A stretch of DNA of 64,000 nt, taken from Lama guanicoe (Eukaryota). Both the position numbers and the translations under genes were made by a program. The DNA lies in assembly GCA_013239625.1 (NCBI GenBank), contig MU053810.1, positions 6,172,122 to 6,236,121 of the forward strand, given 5' to 3'. Every line of letters starts with the position of its first letter. Position 1 is the first letter of the stretch. The notes under the pieces were generated by a model that did no database searches, was not told where the DNA came from, and saw only the letters and a list, made by a program, of their open reading frames with translations. Below, piece after piece: positions 24,785-38,540 of the stretch.

Positions 24785-26664
24785 TCAGATAGCAGTTCTC
24801 TCCCAGTAACCCAGCCACAGCACGGAACACTGTTTTCTTGCCGGGAGATCACCCTGGTAGTGACCCCGGGGCTTGGGGTGGGGCTAGTGGGCTGCCAACA
24901 CTACCTCAGCTTCACCTGGACTCCAGCAACAGCTGGATCGAAGGTCAATCTCATGAATAGTGAACTCCATCTTCTCTTCAAAGGAGATGCTGTTCTGCTC
25001 ATGGGGTCACCCTGACCCAGGTTCCATGGCCACCTTACAACACCCCCAGGGCCAGCCTAGCAGTTGGGAGGGAGGGAGTAGAACTGATGGCTGTGTGGTC
25101 CTAACTGGGCTGGATCAGCTGCTTCTTCAGCCTTTGGGAGCCATGGGAGCCAAACCATGTCAAATGAGGGCAAATGACTCAGTTCTCCGAGGTCCTGCTC
25201 CAGGCAAGAAGCACCCCCAGGGGGTAAGAAACCACAAAGGAAGTTACTGATTAGGACTTACCACAGAGAGATGTGAGACTGAAGTAAAATTTTTTGTAAA
25301 CTATCAATAATGAGCAACCATGCTGGAGGCCAAACTAAATTAACTCTCTATTTCCTCTCCAGAAAATTGTATTTCAACTTCATCCATTCGTGCATTTGCA
25401 CATGCTTTTCCCTCTGGCTGGAACGCCTGTTCCCCACTGAACGAAATAGCTTGCTTCCCACTGCCTTTAGGTCTCTGCTTAATTGTACCCTCACTATGGA
25501 GCTGTTCCCTGACCTATTTCAAAATCAGCTCTTTCCCACGAGTCCACTTCCCCTGTTCATATTCTCTCTCCATTTGCCAGCTAGAATGAAAACCCTAAGA
25601 GAGCAGGGATTTGACTGTTTCTGTTTCCTGCTGGGTTCCCAGGAAGCAAAGCAATGTAGGTACATGACAAGACACGGAGTGAATAGCTGTTAAGTGAATG
25701 TATCAATAAAAAAAGCAACATATTTATTTAAGTTTCATGAGGGCAGGGGTTACTTCTGCGTTCTGAGTGCCGAGTCTCGTGCCGAGTCTCATGCCTGCGT
25801 TGGTCATGAAAGACCTTTTAAAGGTATTTGCTGAATGAATGAATGGATGACTTTCGGAAGAGCAGTGGAGGAGCAATAGAGTGGAAGATCAATTTAGAAA
25901 GGGAAATGATTCTACAATCACCATAATGGGCGGCAAGAATGGACAGTGGATGTGGACACCAGTGGGTGTTAGATGGTTGCGGATGATACTCTGCTAAGTC
26001 AACCTCCAGGGTAGGTGAGAGGTGAGATCGTTAAGACCCCAAAATGCTCAACAGAACTCAGAAGAAAAACTGTAAGTGACACAGAGGATTATTTAACACT
26101 TTCAAAATCTGGTGGGCACATCTTTAATCAAATGGTCAAACTTAGCCTCATCATTGATGGGATGCTCTGACATCATTGCCCCGTTGTGATGCACTGAGAA
26201 TGTGGCATCATCTCTATTAATACTGCTGCCAAAGTGTTCAGCCTGGGTCCAGTCAGGAGGAGTCAATCAGACAAATGTAAATTGAGAGACATGCCACAAA
26301 AACAAACAAAATGACCAGGCAGGATTCTTCAAATAATAAAAGACATTATTGGGATAATTTGAAAAATTTGAGTATGAACTAAGAATCAGAAAATATATTC
26401 AATCAATTAAATTTCCTGAGTGTGATTATTGTATTGTGGTTGGGTAAGAGAATGTCTTTGTTTTTAAGGGATAAATGGTGGAAAAAATTGAGCACATGCA
26501 GTAAAATGTAAACAACTAGTTAGTGAATGTGGGTGAAGGGACGATGGGTGTCCATTGCACCAGTCTTACTTTTTTTGTTGTTGCTCAAGTTTTAAAACTT
26601 TTCAAAAGAAAAAAGTTAAAGAAAAAAGAACCAATCTTTTAAGTCAGAGAGACGTGAGTTTCAA

Positions 26665-26772
26665 AAAGCAAAGCAAAGCAAAACAAAACAAAAACAGACA
26701 GACAGACAGACAGACAGAAAGAAAGAAAGATAAAGAGAGAAAGAAAGAAAAAGAAAAGAAAAGGAAAAGAAG
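26665..26772. repeat. Compound A-rich simple repeat (GCAAA/CAAAA/GACA/GAAA)
   Basis: Directly visible. Confidence 0.9.
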
Positions 26773-28376
26773 GAATGGGGGAGAATGAAAAGTTAGATGA
26801 CAACGTAAAAGAAAAAAAAATCTACCCTGTGCACTGCTGATACGTGATCTCATCTAATTCTCGTAAAAACTATGTGGGGGTAGATAGTATCACTCCCATT
26901 TTCACAGACGAGCTGGTGGTCAGAAGTCTGAGTGGCAGGCCCAAGGTCATACAGGACAGGACTCAAACTGAAGTTCAGTCTCGTTCATTGCACTGCTTGC
27001 TCCTGTCTTACCCAGAAAATAAGCCATGCAGATGAAGAGTCACAGCATGAGATGTGTGTGAAAGGAAAACGTATGTAGAAAATAAACTTAGACACTCAGC
27101 ACATCTGCAGAAGAGACCACACACGTTCAAACACGCAAAAAAAACAAAAATACAAAAAAAACCAAGAGAGAAAAGGCACAGGCGAGCACAGAAAGTCAAA
27201 GAGAAACAGACCTTCCTGCAGTTACATCCCACGTCAAAGTGAGGCTCCTCCACATCACTCCCTCTCAAGATTTCAGAAAAGGGCCGTGTCTCCACAGACG
27301 TGACCATGGATGCTATGTCACAGTCCTCCCCACTCTAGAACAGCCAGCACTAAGCTAGGGTCCGTACCTGGCCATGACCTTGGGATCTGCCCCTAGGCTG
27401 CGTGGGACACAAGAGACAAGCACACGCCAGGGTCCAAGTGTCTTGCTTAACAAACAGCTCGAAGCAGCAATGATCTGATAATCACAAGATGCTGACTGAT
27501 GATTATTAAAAACTTCATTTTCTCTTTTCTTCCAACTCCCCGTTGAAAGTGGAAAAGGATAAATGGGAAGAGGTCAAAACACTTTTTGGTTTCGATTTTC
27601 CATTTTGCTTTGGCAGCAAAGACCAATGTTTTCTAGGACAAGGAAGACTTCCCTGAGCGATTGCTAAAATTCTTAAATATCCAAGCACGACTCTATTAGT
27701 ATCAGATGGCTTTTGAACTTCCAGGAGTGCAGAGGGGATATTTGCTAAAGATTCCTAAGAGTTCATTTTCACGGTCTTGGCCATTGCTGGAGTAATGAGA
27801 ACATGTCTGCTGAGGTCTGGGAAACAGCACGAGGCAGATCACATACTCCAGGCTTTGCTTAGAAAGCAGGGGCTATAGTGACCCCCGAGCTGAATCTACC
27901 ACGATATACAGCCATGAGGGACTGAACCTACCACAACACGACTCTAGGACTGAGGGCCAGTTCTGTAAGTTGTTTCCTATTGCAAAATAAATCCATAGGT
28001 TGCCTCAGAACATTAAAAAACAAAAACAAAATCGAACAGAAACAAAAAACAAAACCTACTGAAATCAAAAGGAAAAATAAAGGCAACGTATTTCCTCAAT
28101 TCAAAAACATATTTTTACATTCTAAACTTCTGAAGTCATGCTTCATGTGGTCGACTATGAAATCTGGCCACCACCAACAGGAATCGGCTATGATGTAGTA
28201 TTCCTTAATTGTGTATGTGTGAACTGAGTGAAACAAAAAAGGTGTCCTTTTATCTAATTGTCATTTCAGTTTAGTTATCTGCACGGGGAGTAAGACACAC
28301 AGTTCAACTGTTAAATCTGGATCCCAAATCTGTTTAAAAGCTTTCAAAAGACTCACGATGACGCAGCCCTGAAATG

Positions 28377-28447
28377 CAAAGTTAACGTCCGGGGAAGGCT
28401 GACATTCATAGACCAGGACATGAAATTCATGGCAGCAGAAATTGCCA
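28377..28447 (+). repeat. 71-bp dispersed direct repeat, copy 1 (copy 2 at 32769-32839)
   Basis: 67/71 identical by eye, no gaps. Confidence 0.92.
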
Positions 28448-29999
28448 GAGTGCTCAGATTGTAATTTCCAAATTCAAAAGAGATTGATGTGGCAGATTTC
28501 ATCATGAAGGATTATCGTTTAGGTACCACAGGCCTACCTATCAAATGCTTCTAATTGGAATTCAAGGGGAGTTGTTGAACTTCCAATAATATGTTAAGAC
28601 AACAAAGAAAAATAAATTGTTCTATTTAACCAAACAGAAAAGTATTTTAAAATTCATAGCTTTCTATGATAAGCCTAAATATTATATTGTGAACTCTAAA
28701 GGTGGAAAGGAACAGGATTATCTGTAGGATTGGGTTATGAACAGCACACTTGGCTAAGAGTCCTGGCATACTCTGCATGTCTTAGAATCTTTAGATGCTC
28801 AGTGCGAAGAAGTGAAGACTCACATTTTGTCTGTAATACTAAGAAGAAATGATGCATAACCCTATGAACAATGGGATGCTGTTATGTCCTAAAATGTTCC
28901 TGAACATTCAGTGCAGCATCTCCCACCTCCAAATAGAAAATGTTCATGAGTTGATCAGTGAAATCTGATAACGATGTTGGATGTTCTCAGGATAAGAACT
29001 GAAAAATCACCTTTGGCTTTAACTGCACAGAAGTCACTAGTTATCTCTGGAGGAGCACTGAGAGTGCAAACTGAATGGAGCCCCCTTCAGAAGTAAGTAG
29101 GAGAGAGAACTACACAGACAGCTTACTGAGAAGGTGAGTCCACATGGTCCACAGCAATTGTGATATGCGTTCCTTTCTGTAACTCAGAATTCTTTCAAAG
29201 CCATTTTTCATGGCCCTAAGCATCTCTGGTGTGGCTGTACTGCAACCATCATTTAATCGGCTCTCTGTTGCTGGAAATTTACAGTTTGCCCTTCTTTTCA
29301 AGAAATAATGTTATGAGCCAGATGCTTTCATTTGCTGAAAAATCATATGCAGCACGGCTTAAGGGTAAAACTGGAAATATCAACCAATTCTTGTTGCCTT
29401 TCTGTGGGATGAGGAAATTTCTATTTTTGTGTCTTGATCAATATTCTGCACCTGGCCCCAAAAAACTCCAAAGGATTGGGGCTGTCGGTAAAAATAACCA
29501 TCGAGGCTGGTAAGTTCTGCATTAATGAGCTCAAGCAGGGTGTGAGCACTGTGCCCTTTCTTTCTATTTGGAAGTATTTATGGCTATTTCTGGGACTGCC
29601 TGTGTCCAAAATATGATGCATATCATGAAAAAAATCTGTATCAGAAAACCTGAGAGATATTTAAGAGTTTTCAGCGGCAACTCCATTTTAATTCTATTCC
29701 TGAGTCTCTTAGGACATTCTCTCTCTTCTTCCTCAAAGATGCACTGACAATACTTTCTACTCTCTGATTTTGAAGCAAGAAAGAAACTGAGTTTTTACTC
29801 CCCCACGTTCAAGATGATTCATCCCTTAAAATAAAACAAGAACATCAAATATTTTTCTCCAAAATCATCTTAAGTAGCTGGCGTGCATTGTTGGAGGGAG
29901 GGGCCTTCTATTTTGTTTACATGTGGGGCTCCCCAGGGCTGAGGCTGGGGGACTACTGAGCAGCCTGGGGCAGACAAAACCCTTCCTCCGGGACAAGGA

Positions 30000-30230
30000 C
30001 AGAGCCTAGAACCAGGAGGCCCAGGGTTCAAAACCCAGCATTGCTACTTATTGGATGTGTGGCCTTGGACAAGTTACTTAACTTCTCACAGCATCTTAGT
30101 TTTCTCATCTTTGAAAGGTGTGATGATAAGCCACCTCAGAGGGTCAGAGTGAGAATTCTACAAATGAATGTATGTGAAGTACGCAGAACAGGGCTGGCTT
30201 GGCTCTCAGCGCTCAGTAAGTGTAGGTCCT
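30000..30230 (+). mobile_element. MIR
   Basis: tgtgtggccttggacaagttacttaacttctc..agttttctcatct core. Confidence 0.7.
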
Positions 30231-32170
30231 AACACCACTAAGCACTTGGAACTGAAGCTGTCTTTCAGCCTCCAGAAGGCCTGGAAGGCTGACTGCATCC
30301 TCATAATAATAATCCTTTGAAGATGGCATTATTTCTCCTATTCGACAAAGTTTAAGTAACTTAGTCCAGATCACAAAATTAGTAAGTTGCAACAGTATGT
30401 AACCACAAGTTTTATTTAAAAACTTTATTTACATATTTTATTTAAAATAAGTGCCACTTTGAATCCTTGCCTAAGATCACATGATTTAGGGTTTCAGCAT
30501 CTTGGGGCTTGAGGAGAAAGATTTTATGTGAATGGAGTGGCTTAAAAATGGTAGGTGCTTAAGATCTCAGCATAAGTGTCACCTCTTCAAAGAAAACTAG
30601 GCCCCCTTGAGACCTCCGCCGCATCATACAGGATGCTTCCATGCTCAAGGATACAGCCTGATGGGATATTGTGATGTTACTGTTACAATAACCATATTTC
30701 TCAATTAGGTTGTATAACCTGGAGAAATGGGAGCCACACAAACAAATACACCTAATGACCACTTGCTTATTTTCACATAAACTCATTTATCTATACAGTG
30801 ACAAGCTGCAGTTTTATACCTTGATTTCTTCACTTCTGAATTCATTCACTCATCAGCTCAAGGAGAATTTACGGGAGGCAAGCTCCGCCAGACCCTGCGG
30901 TAATTGCAAGAATCCCTACCTTGAATACGTGTTAAAAGGATGGATGAAGTGAGAAGTCTAAACGAGATGACAAAACATGAAAATAATTGAACACGATGTA
31001 ACAATAATATAAGAGACATAAAATAAGAAGAGATGCGAGAAGAGAGACGGCTAATTCCCTAGGGGTGAGGCGTTATTCTTGGCAGCCCGAGAAAACGGCG
31101 GAATGCAGAGCAGCTAAGAGTGTGGGCACGCACTTGCATTCTGAAAGACCTGGGTTCAGCTCTGCCCTCGTGGTGGTGTGATGTCTGGAAACAGCCTTCA
31201 TAGTGTCAGTTTCTAAATCTATAAAATAGGGCTATTTCACTGGGTTTTGGTAAGGATTAAGGGGGACGATGTATGCAGAGTGTTTACCAAATGCCTCATA
31301 GCCGTGAAATGCTCGGAAGGTGGCAAGAGTGGTCCTATCACCCTCGCCCTGGTTTAGTTAGTGCCTGTTTCTTACAGGAAGATGGCCAGATGCTGAAAGC
31401 ACATGGCGGGTTGACATAGTTGAGTAAACTAGTGAGGCTCAAGCTAATCTTTTTTTATTTAATTGTCTTTATCTTTTGTTTTTAAATACATTTTTACTGA
31501 AGTTGTGTCCATTTCTGGTGTACAGCACAATACTTCAGTCATTTAGGAACATACATAATCCGTTTTCATATTCTTTTTCACCCTAAGTTACTACAAGATA
31601 CTGAATATGGTTCCCCATGCTATCCAAGCTAATCTTTGGATTTGGTTTTGGGTTTTCTCTGCAACAGTGGTTCTTAAAGTGTGGATTCCCCGACCAGCAG
31701 CCACAGAACCCCCACAGACACTTGGAAATGCCAATTACTGGGCTCTACTCCCAAATGAGTCCACACACATCACAGAGCTGAGACCAGTGAGCCCTGCAGT
31801 GTCTGTCCAAATTCCTGACCCACAGAATCCAGGACCATAATAAAACTGGTTCTACAGCCCTAAGTTTGGAGTGGTTTGTTACACAGCTGTTGATAGTGGA
31901 GCAAACAATCAGAGCAGCTACGGTTCCAAGGGACCATCTGTGTGTCAAGCACACTACTAGGCTTCCATGCTATACCCTTCATCCTTGCGACTGCTCTGCA
32001 AAATGTATTATTCCCACGTGCATGTGAAGAAGTGGAGGCTCTGAAAAGATAGTATCAGGCAAAGGCACATGTGGTAAATGAGTATTTATGTCAAAATTCA
32101 GCGCATCAAAAAAAAATCACCCAAATGTCAGTCTTTAGCTAAACATGATAATGAGAAAATGGCAAACATT

Positions 32171-33103
32171 GTGGTGATCATCTTGTATTGAATAGAAACA
32201 CTGAATCACTATTCTGTGCACCAGGAACTAACATAGTGTTATATAGGTCACCTAGACTTCAAAAACAAAGAAACTCATAGAAAAAGAGATCAGATTTGTG
32301 GTTACTGTGGGGTGGGGATCAGATGCAGGTGATCAAAAGGTCCAAACTTCCGGTTATAAGATAAGTAAGTACTAGGGATGTAATGTACACCATGATAAAT
32401 GTAAGTAACATCGCTCTGTGTTATATATGACAGTTGTTAAGGGAGTAAATCCTAAGAGTTCTCATCACAAGGAAATTTTTTTCCATTTCTTCAATTTTTA
32501 TATCAATAAGAGATGATGGATGTTCACTACGCTTATTGTGGTCATCATTTCATGATATGTATAATTCAAATCATTATGCTGTATGCTTTAAACTTACATG
32601 GTGCTGTATGTCAATTACATTTCAATAAACAAAGTATAGCTTCACATGGCAAAGTAAAAAAAATATGTATAAGTAATACAGTAACACTAGTGGAGTAAAT
32701 ATAATAATTAAAATATGTCACTGGTTCAGGATTCACTGGCCAATGGAACAGAAGTCTAGAGTGGAATACAAAGTTAACGTCTGGAGAAGGCTGATATTCA
32801 TAGACCAGGACATGTAATTCATGGCAGCAGAAATTGCCATGTTCATTATGTTTTTTTATGTTCATTATTTTTAAAATGGGAAAAAAGTGTTTTTAAGGAT
32901 AAGAGAAAGGTGACACAAGTTATCCTGAAATTGACTCATATTACTCAGAAAAAACATAAGCTTCAGTTTCCTCATCTGCAAAATAGACGTTATGTATCTC
33001 ATAAGATTAAATGGAAAAATGTCCATGTAAACCACTTAGCATGGTTCCTAGTACACAGTAAGTACTCGATAAATTTTGTGTTTGTTGCTATTAAAAAAAA
33101 AAA
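32171..33103 (+). mobile_element. 5'-truncated L1 (32171 to about 32630) with apparent 3'-transduced sequence and poly(A)
   Basis: Flanked by agaaaaYggcaaacatt at 32154-32170 and 33104-33120; A run starts at 33093. Confidence 0.75.
32769..32839 (+). repeat. 71-bp dispersed direct repeat, copy 2
   Basis: Matches 28377-28447 with 4 substitutions. Confidence 0.92.
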
Positions 33104-35169
33104 AGAAAACGGCAAACATTAAAAATTAACAATTACACAATTAAACTGTTTTTTTTAAAAAATTAAAAGGTTGATGCTTTTCCTATGGAGAATTTAAGCT
33201 TTGTAACTACTCACTAAGAGGTGCAAAATCATTATTAATTACTATTAGTAGTTATAGCATTACAATTTATAACATATAGTAATATCAGCATTCATAATTT
33301 GATTTTATTTATTTTACAATTATTTATAATTTATTTTATAATAATGAGACATTTGTTATGAAAAATATAGACATTTGTGTCCCTGAAAAAGCCAACTAGG
33401 TAGAAATTAACCCGTCTACAGAGCATCACTAACAGCTAACTAATTAAGACCTGAGCACATTTACGACGCAAAGAAGGGATCCTATCAGTTCAGTGGACAG
33501 TTGACTCTAGATGAGCTTCTTCCCTTTCTTTGTGAAGGATATTTACACACAATTTCCTATGGGTATTATTTTTATATATGGCAAATGAGAGCCCTTTAAT
33601 TGAATTATATTTTCCCTCCACACAGTCCACATGGGATCACACTCAGTCTGCAGCTGCTGCATTTTCAATTTCTCTCTTATAGCTGTGAGAAAGAGCAAGG
33701 ATAGAATGGAAATAATGCACTTGAAAATACAGACGGCTCCAGAGTTTCTGCCAGTTTTATTTAGACCACTAAGCCGATTTGCTATTTAATTCACATGTAA
33801 AGGAAATAAAAACAGCCAGTCAGGAACTTGGAATGACCCTTGATCATCATTCAAATGGTCCACATTGGAGCCCTGCTTGATCATCAGAAAACTCACTACA
33901 TGCAAATGTGATCACCGGATGTGTCCCATCGGGGTTCAGTGCTAAATGCATGACCTTGTGCAACTTACCTTCCCTTGCTGAGCTTTAGTTTTCTCATCTG
34001 TAAAACGAGGACAAAAAATGTAATTTATAAAATTGTGTGAGGACTAAATCAGCATAGTCACTCCCTGGCAGAGTAACTGGCCTCTAGTGCTGTTTGCATA
34101 TAGGAAGAATATTTAAAATGCACTGATAACTTCTGACTAATGGGCAGTGAATATACATCCGCTCCTAAAATTCCAGTGAAATGACTCCACATCAGTCTTG
34201 AATGCAAGGAAAGATGGCATTATCAGACCAAAAACTGTGAGGAATTTCTGGAAGATGTTAAGGAGAAGGCATTGTCTAGAGAAACAATAGAGCCAGGGAA
34301 ACAGTGGTCCAGTATGGGTCTGCAGGAGGGCCGTGAAAAACAGAGTCAAGGAGAACACCCAAACTCAGGGTCAGCAAGAATGGGAATCCAGGGACAACCA
34401 ACTGGAAAAGTAATTATTTAAAGGATTAATGCTATGGGCCATTTGATTTCTCCGCCACAAGGAAAAAGGAGAAACCACAACTGCCCTGGGTCTAAACGCA
34501 GCAAGAACCCTTTTGCCTTATATAATGTGGGAGAACTGTCTCACTGGTTCCTAAAGTGGGACTTGAGCCAAAAAACCACCCAAGTAGAGTAGTGCTCAGA
34601 AAGTCTGGGACCCTATAACAGACAGGCAGCTCCCAGTCCAACCAACCAACCACCATTTATCCTTCCATCCATTCATCCATCCATCCCTCAGAAGGGGTGG
34701 AAAGAGAAATGTTCACATTCAGTGAAATGCATTAAGGACTCTCAGGTGCTCCACCTCCAGCACAAAGCATTGCTGGCCTCAGCAAACAGCATTCAAGGAG
34801 AGCTGAAACTTTCATGTCTGATCATATCCAAACCCAAGGGGAAAACTGCCTGAAAATCCCCACATCCATCTACAGAACCCTACAGTCGGCCTCCTAGTCA
34901 AGAAAGAGACTTGTTCAGCTGCCAAGTAAATCTTACCATCTTCTTATGTTATTTCAGCCCTTCATTAAAATTATGAAGCAATAAGCAAAGCCCACGAAAT
35001 ACTTTAGGAAAAACACGAGCATGGGAGCATCAAGACTTAAAACCAGAATACTGTCCCCTGAGGAAACAGAGTTGATAAAAGAAATAGAGGAGAGATTTCT
35101 TAAAAATTCCAATTCATGTCTTCAGAGAGATTTTTGATGATACAGCAAGAACAGTAGCTATTAAAAAAG

Positions 35170-36030
35170 CAATCAGAAAATAAGAAAATAACAAATCAAT
35201 TTTACTTATAAATATAGTTATAAAAATCACAAATAAAATTTTAGAAAATTGATTTCAGAAGTATATTAAAAGAATAATTATGTAATAACAGGAATGCAAG
35301 AACAGCTCAACAGTAGGAAATACATTAAAGTAATTCACTAAGTTAAAATATTAAATGATAGGCCAGATGATCATCCCAATGCATGGTGAACAGGCAGTTG
35401 GTAAAATTCAATACCCTATTCCTGTTATAAACCTCATAGTGAGGTTGGAATGGCTGGTGCTTTCTTTAACTCAATAAAGGGTATTTACCAGAAACCAAGG
35501 GCAATCATCATTCTAATAGTAAAACAGAAAGTCTTCCTATTAAATTTGGACACAAGTCAGAGTCTCATCATTAGTGCTGCTATTTAAGTTTGTTCAGATG
35601 GTCTTAGACAATAAAAATCCAGAAAAAATATCTCAAATTCCAATCAAACCTCCAAATGGATTAAAAAAACAAAACAAAATAAAAGCTCACAAGCTGATTC
35701 TAAACTTCATCTGAGAAAAAAGATTATTCTTAAATAATAACCCAAAAAAAAGGATTTCAAAGAAAAATATTCTTGGTACTTCAAGATTTTCACAAACAAA
35801 CCGGTGGAAAAGAACAAAGATTGCAGAATTTAAATCTAATATATAAAAAAGTTGGCAGTTATTAATCAGTATAAAATAATAGATTATTTAATAAATGGTA
35901 CAGAAACAACAGGCTATCCACTTGGAAAAAATAAAGTCAGATCCCTACTCCATCACCATACAAAAATAAATTCAACTTGGATTAAGAATCCAAGTGTGAG
36001 AGTAAAACTATAAGAGCCATAGAAAATTAA
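35170..36030 (+). mobile_element. Ancient degraded L1 ORF2 fragments
   Basis: A-rich, with motifs such as ggaatgcaag, aagctgattctaaacttcat and caccatacaaaaataaattcaacttggattaa. Confidence 0.6.
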
Positions 36031-36867
36031 AGGGTTTTTTCTTTTCTCCTTTCCTCTCTCTCCCTCCCTCCCACCCTTCTTTATAATTTTGTGGCACATA
36101 TTACTGAATGGCTCTTTGAACACCCTCACCAAGTGCCTTGCATGATGTGCTTCCATAATACTGAAGCTGGAAATTGCTAAGTGACATTTCCCATGTTCCC
36201 TTGCAGTTAGGGTTCTACCTACGATGCAGTCAAGCAGACATGGTGCTATTTCTTCTAGATGGAACTGAACCATGTGAAGTGAAAGAGACAGATGGTGAAA
36301 CAGAATCTCCTGGGGGTAACTGTTCTGTCCCTATCACCACAGATGGAGCAGTGGGTCATGGCTGCAGTCAGGTTTTGCCAGAACAGTCCTGAAGTTATAG
36401 TTGGGCATGTCTCCTCACTCTGTAATTTTTGACTGTTAACATCAAACCTACCTCCTTGACCCTCTCAGTTTTGTATGCAGCCATATACCTTGTAATAAGC
36501 TCCTTTCTGGTTAATCTAGAGTGGATTCTGTTTCCTGATCATTTTAAGTAGAGAGGTATTTTCCAAGTATGACCTAAAATTCAGGAGCTTTGAAGAAGCT
36601 CCTTCTTTATATTCAATCATTCATCAACAAATATCTATTAAATATCTAGACATCATGGAAATGTTCATTTTCTTTAGTCAGTTAATTCAATCTCTAGGAA
36701 TTTAACTCAAGGAAATCTTACCAACTATGAAAGAACTCTATATGCATGGAGATGAAATGGCAGCATTATTGAAAATTAAAAACAATCTAAATATTAGAGA
36801 AATAGGAGAAGAAATCATTACTGTACTGTACTCAGTGGTTTTTGTTACCATTAAAAATGGCTATGAA

Positions 36868-37123
36868 AGACAGAGAATACAGACTTGTGGTTGCCAGGGG
36901 GGTGGAGGGAGGGAAGGGATAGACTGGGATTTCAAAATTGTAGAATAGATAAACAAGATTATACTGTATAGCACAGGGAAATATACACAAAATGTTATGA
37001 TAACTCACAGAGAAAAAATGTGACAATGAGTGTGTATATGTCCATGAACGACTGAAAAATTGTGCTGAGCACTGGAACTTGACACAACATTGTAAAAAGA
37101 ATGTACATCAATAAAAAATGTTA
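36868..37123 (+). mobile_element. Young L1 3' end, same family as 20776-21652
   Basis: Closely matching 3'UTR; 15-bp TSD aaaaatggctatgaa at 36853-36867 and 37124-37138 with TT|AAAA target. Confidence 0.92.
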
Positions 37124-37425
37124 AAAAATGGCTATGAAGACTATAAAAACATAATTTACATAAAATAAGTTGGGTACAAAATAATTTATAATATAAAATT
37201 ATAATAATGTAAGAAAATCAGGAACACAGGGGAAAAATACTACCAGATAATAAATCAACACATGAAAAAGCATTTGTATTAGGGTGCTGGACTATTTTTT
37301 TCTATTTTCCAAATTTTCTATAAAGTATTAATTTTATCATTTAAAATAGAATTAATCAAAACTGGCTTTAAGTCCATGGAAGTGATTTAAAGGGCAAGTT
37401 AGCAAAACCAGAGGTTAATATGTAA

Positions 37426-38540
37426 TTTTTTAATCGAGATATAATTGACATAAAACATTGCATGAGTATACAGTGTGTTGGTCTGATACATTCTATACTG
37501 CAAATGATTTCCACTGTAATCATATTGGCTAACACTTCTATCATGTCACACAATTATTTCCTTTTTGTAGTGAGAACAATTAAGATCTAGCCTATTAGCA
37601 ACTTTGAAGGTTAATATAATACAGTATTGTTGACTATTTCTATGCTGTTCATTAGATCTCCAGGACTTATTTATCTACTATTTGCAGTTTGTATCCCAAA
37701 CAACATCTCCTCAATTCTCCCACCCTCAGGCCCTGGTAGCCACCATTCTGCTCTCTGTTTTTGAGTTTGGCTTTTTAAGATTCCCATATGAATGAGACCA
37801 TACAGTACCCATCTTTCCCATTCTGACTTATCTCACTTAGCATAATGCTCTCAAGGTTTACCCATGTTGTCACAAATAGCAGAATTTCCTTCTCTCTCAT
37901 GGCTGAATAATATTTCATTATATATATTTAATATATATTCATCATATTTATCCATTCATCCACTGATGGACACTTAGGTTGTTTCCATATTCTGACTATT
38001 GCTAATAATGCTGCAGTGAACATGGGAGTGCAGATAGCTCTTTCATATTCTACGTCCATTTCCTTAGGAAATATATATATACCCAGAAGTGGGACTGCTG
38101 GGTTATATGGTAGTTCTATTTTTAATTTTTTGAGGAACTTTCATACTGTTTTGCACAGTGGCTGCACCAATTTACATTCCCACCAATAGTGTACTAGGGT
38201 TCCCCTTTCTCTGCACTTTTGCCAATGTCTGTTATCTCTTGCCTTTTTGATGGCTGTTCTAATGGGTGTGAGGTGTTATCTCACTGTGGTTTTGATTTGT
38301 ATTTTCCTGATGATGAGTGATGTTGAGCATCTTTTCATGTCTCAGCCATCAGTATGTCTTCTTTGGAATATGTCTATTCAGATCCTTTGCCCATTTTTAA
38401 TAGGAGTGGAGTTTTTGTTTTGTTTTGTTTTGTTTTATTATTGAGTTGCATGGATTCTTCATATATTTTGGATATTAACCCCTTATCCAATATGTGGTTT
38501 GCAAATATTTTCTCCCCTTCCATAGGTTGTCTTTTCATTA
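37426..38540 (-). mobile_element. L1MA-like 3' portion
   Basis: Antisense L1 3'UTR and ORF2 end (ggctgcaccaatttacattcccaccaa, gatattaaccccttatc). Confidence 0.85.

Noticed and set aside
25768..25795. Short tandem repeats (tgccgagtctc twice; similar cases near 12370 and 48657)
   Set aside because: Ordinary slippage duplications with two units and no spacers; not CRISPR-like.
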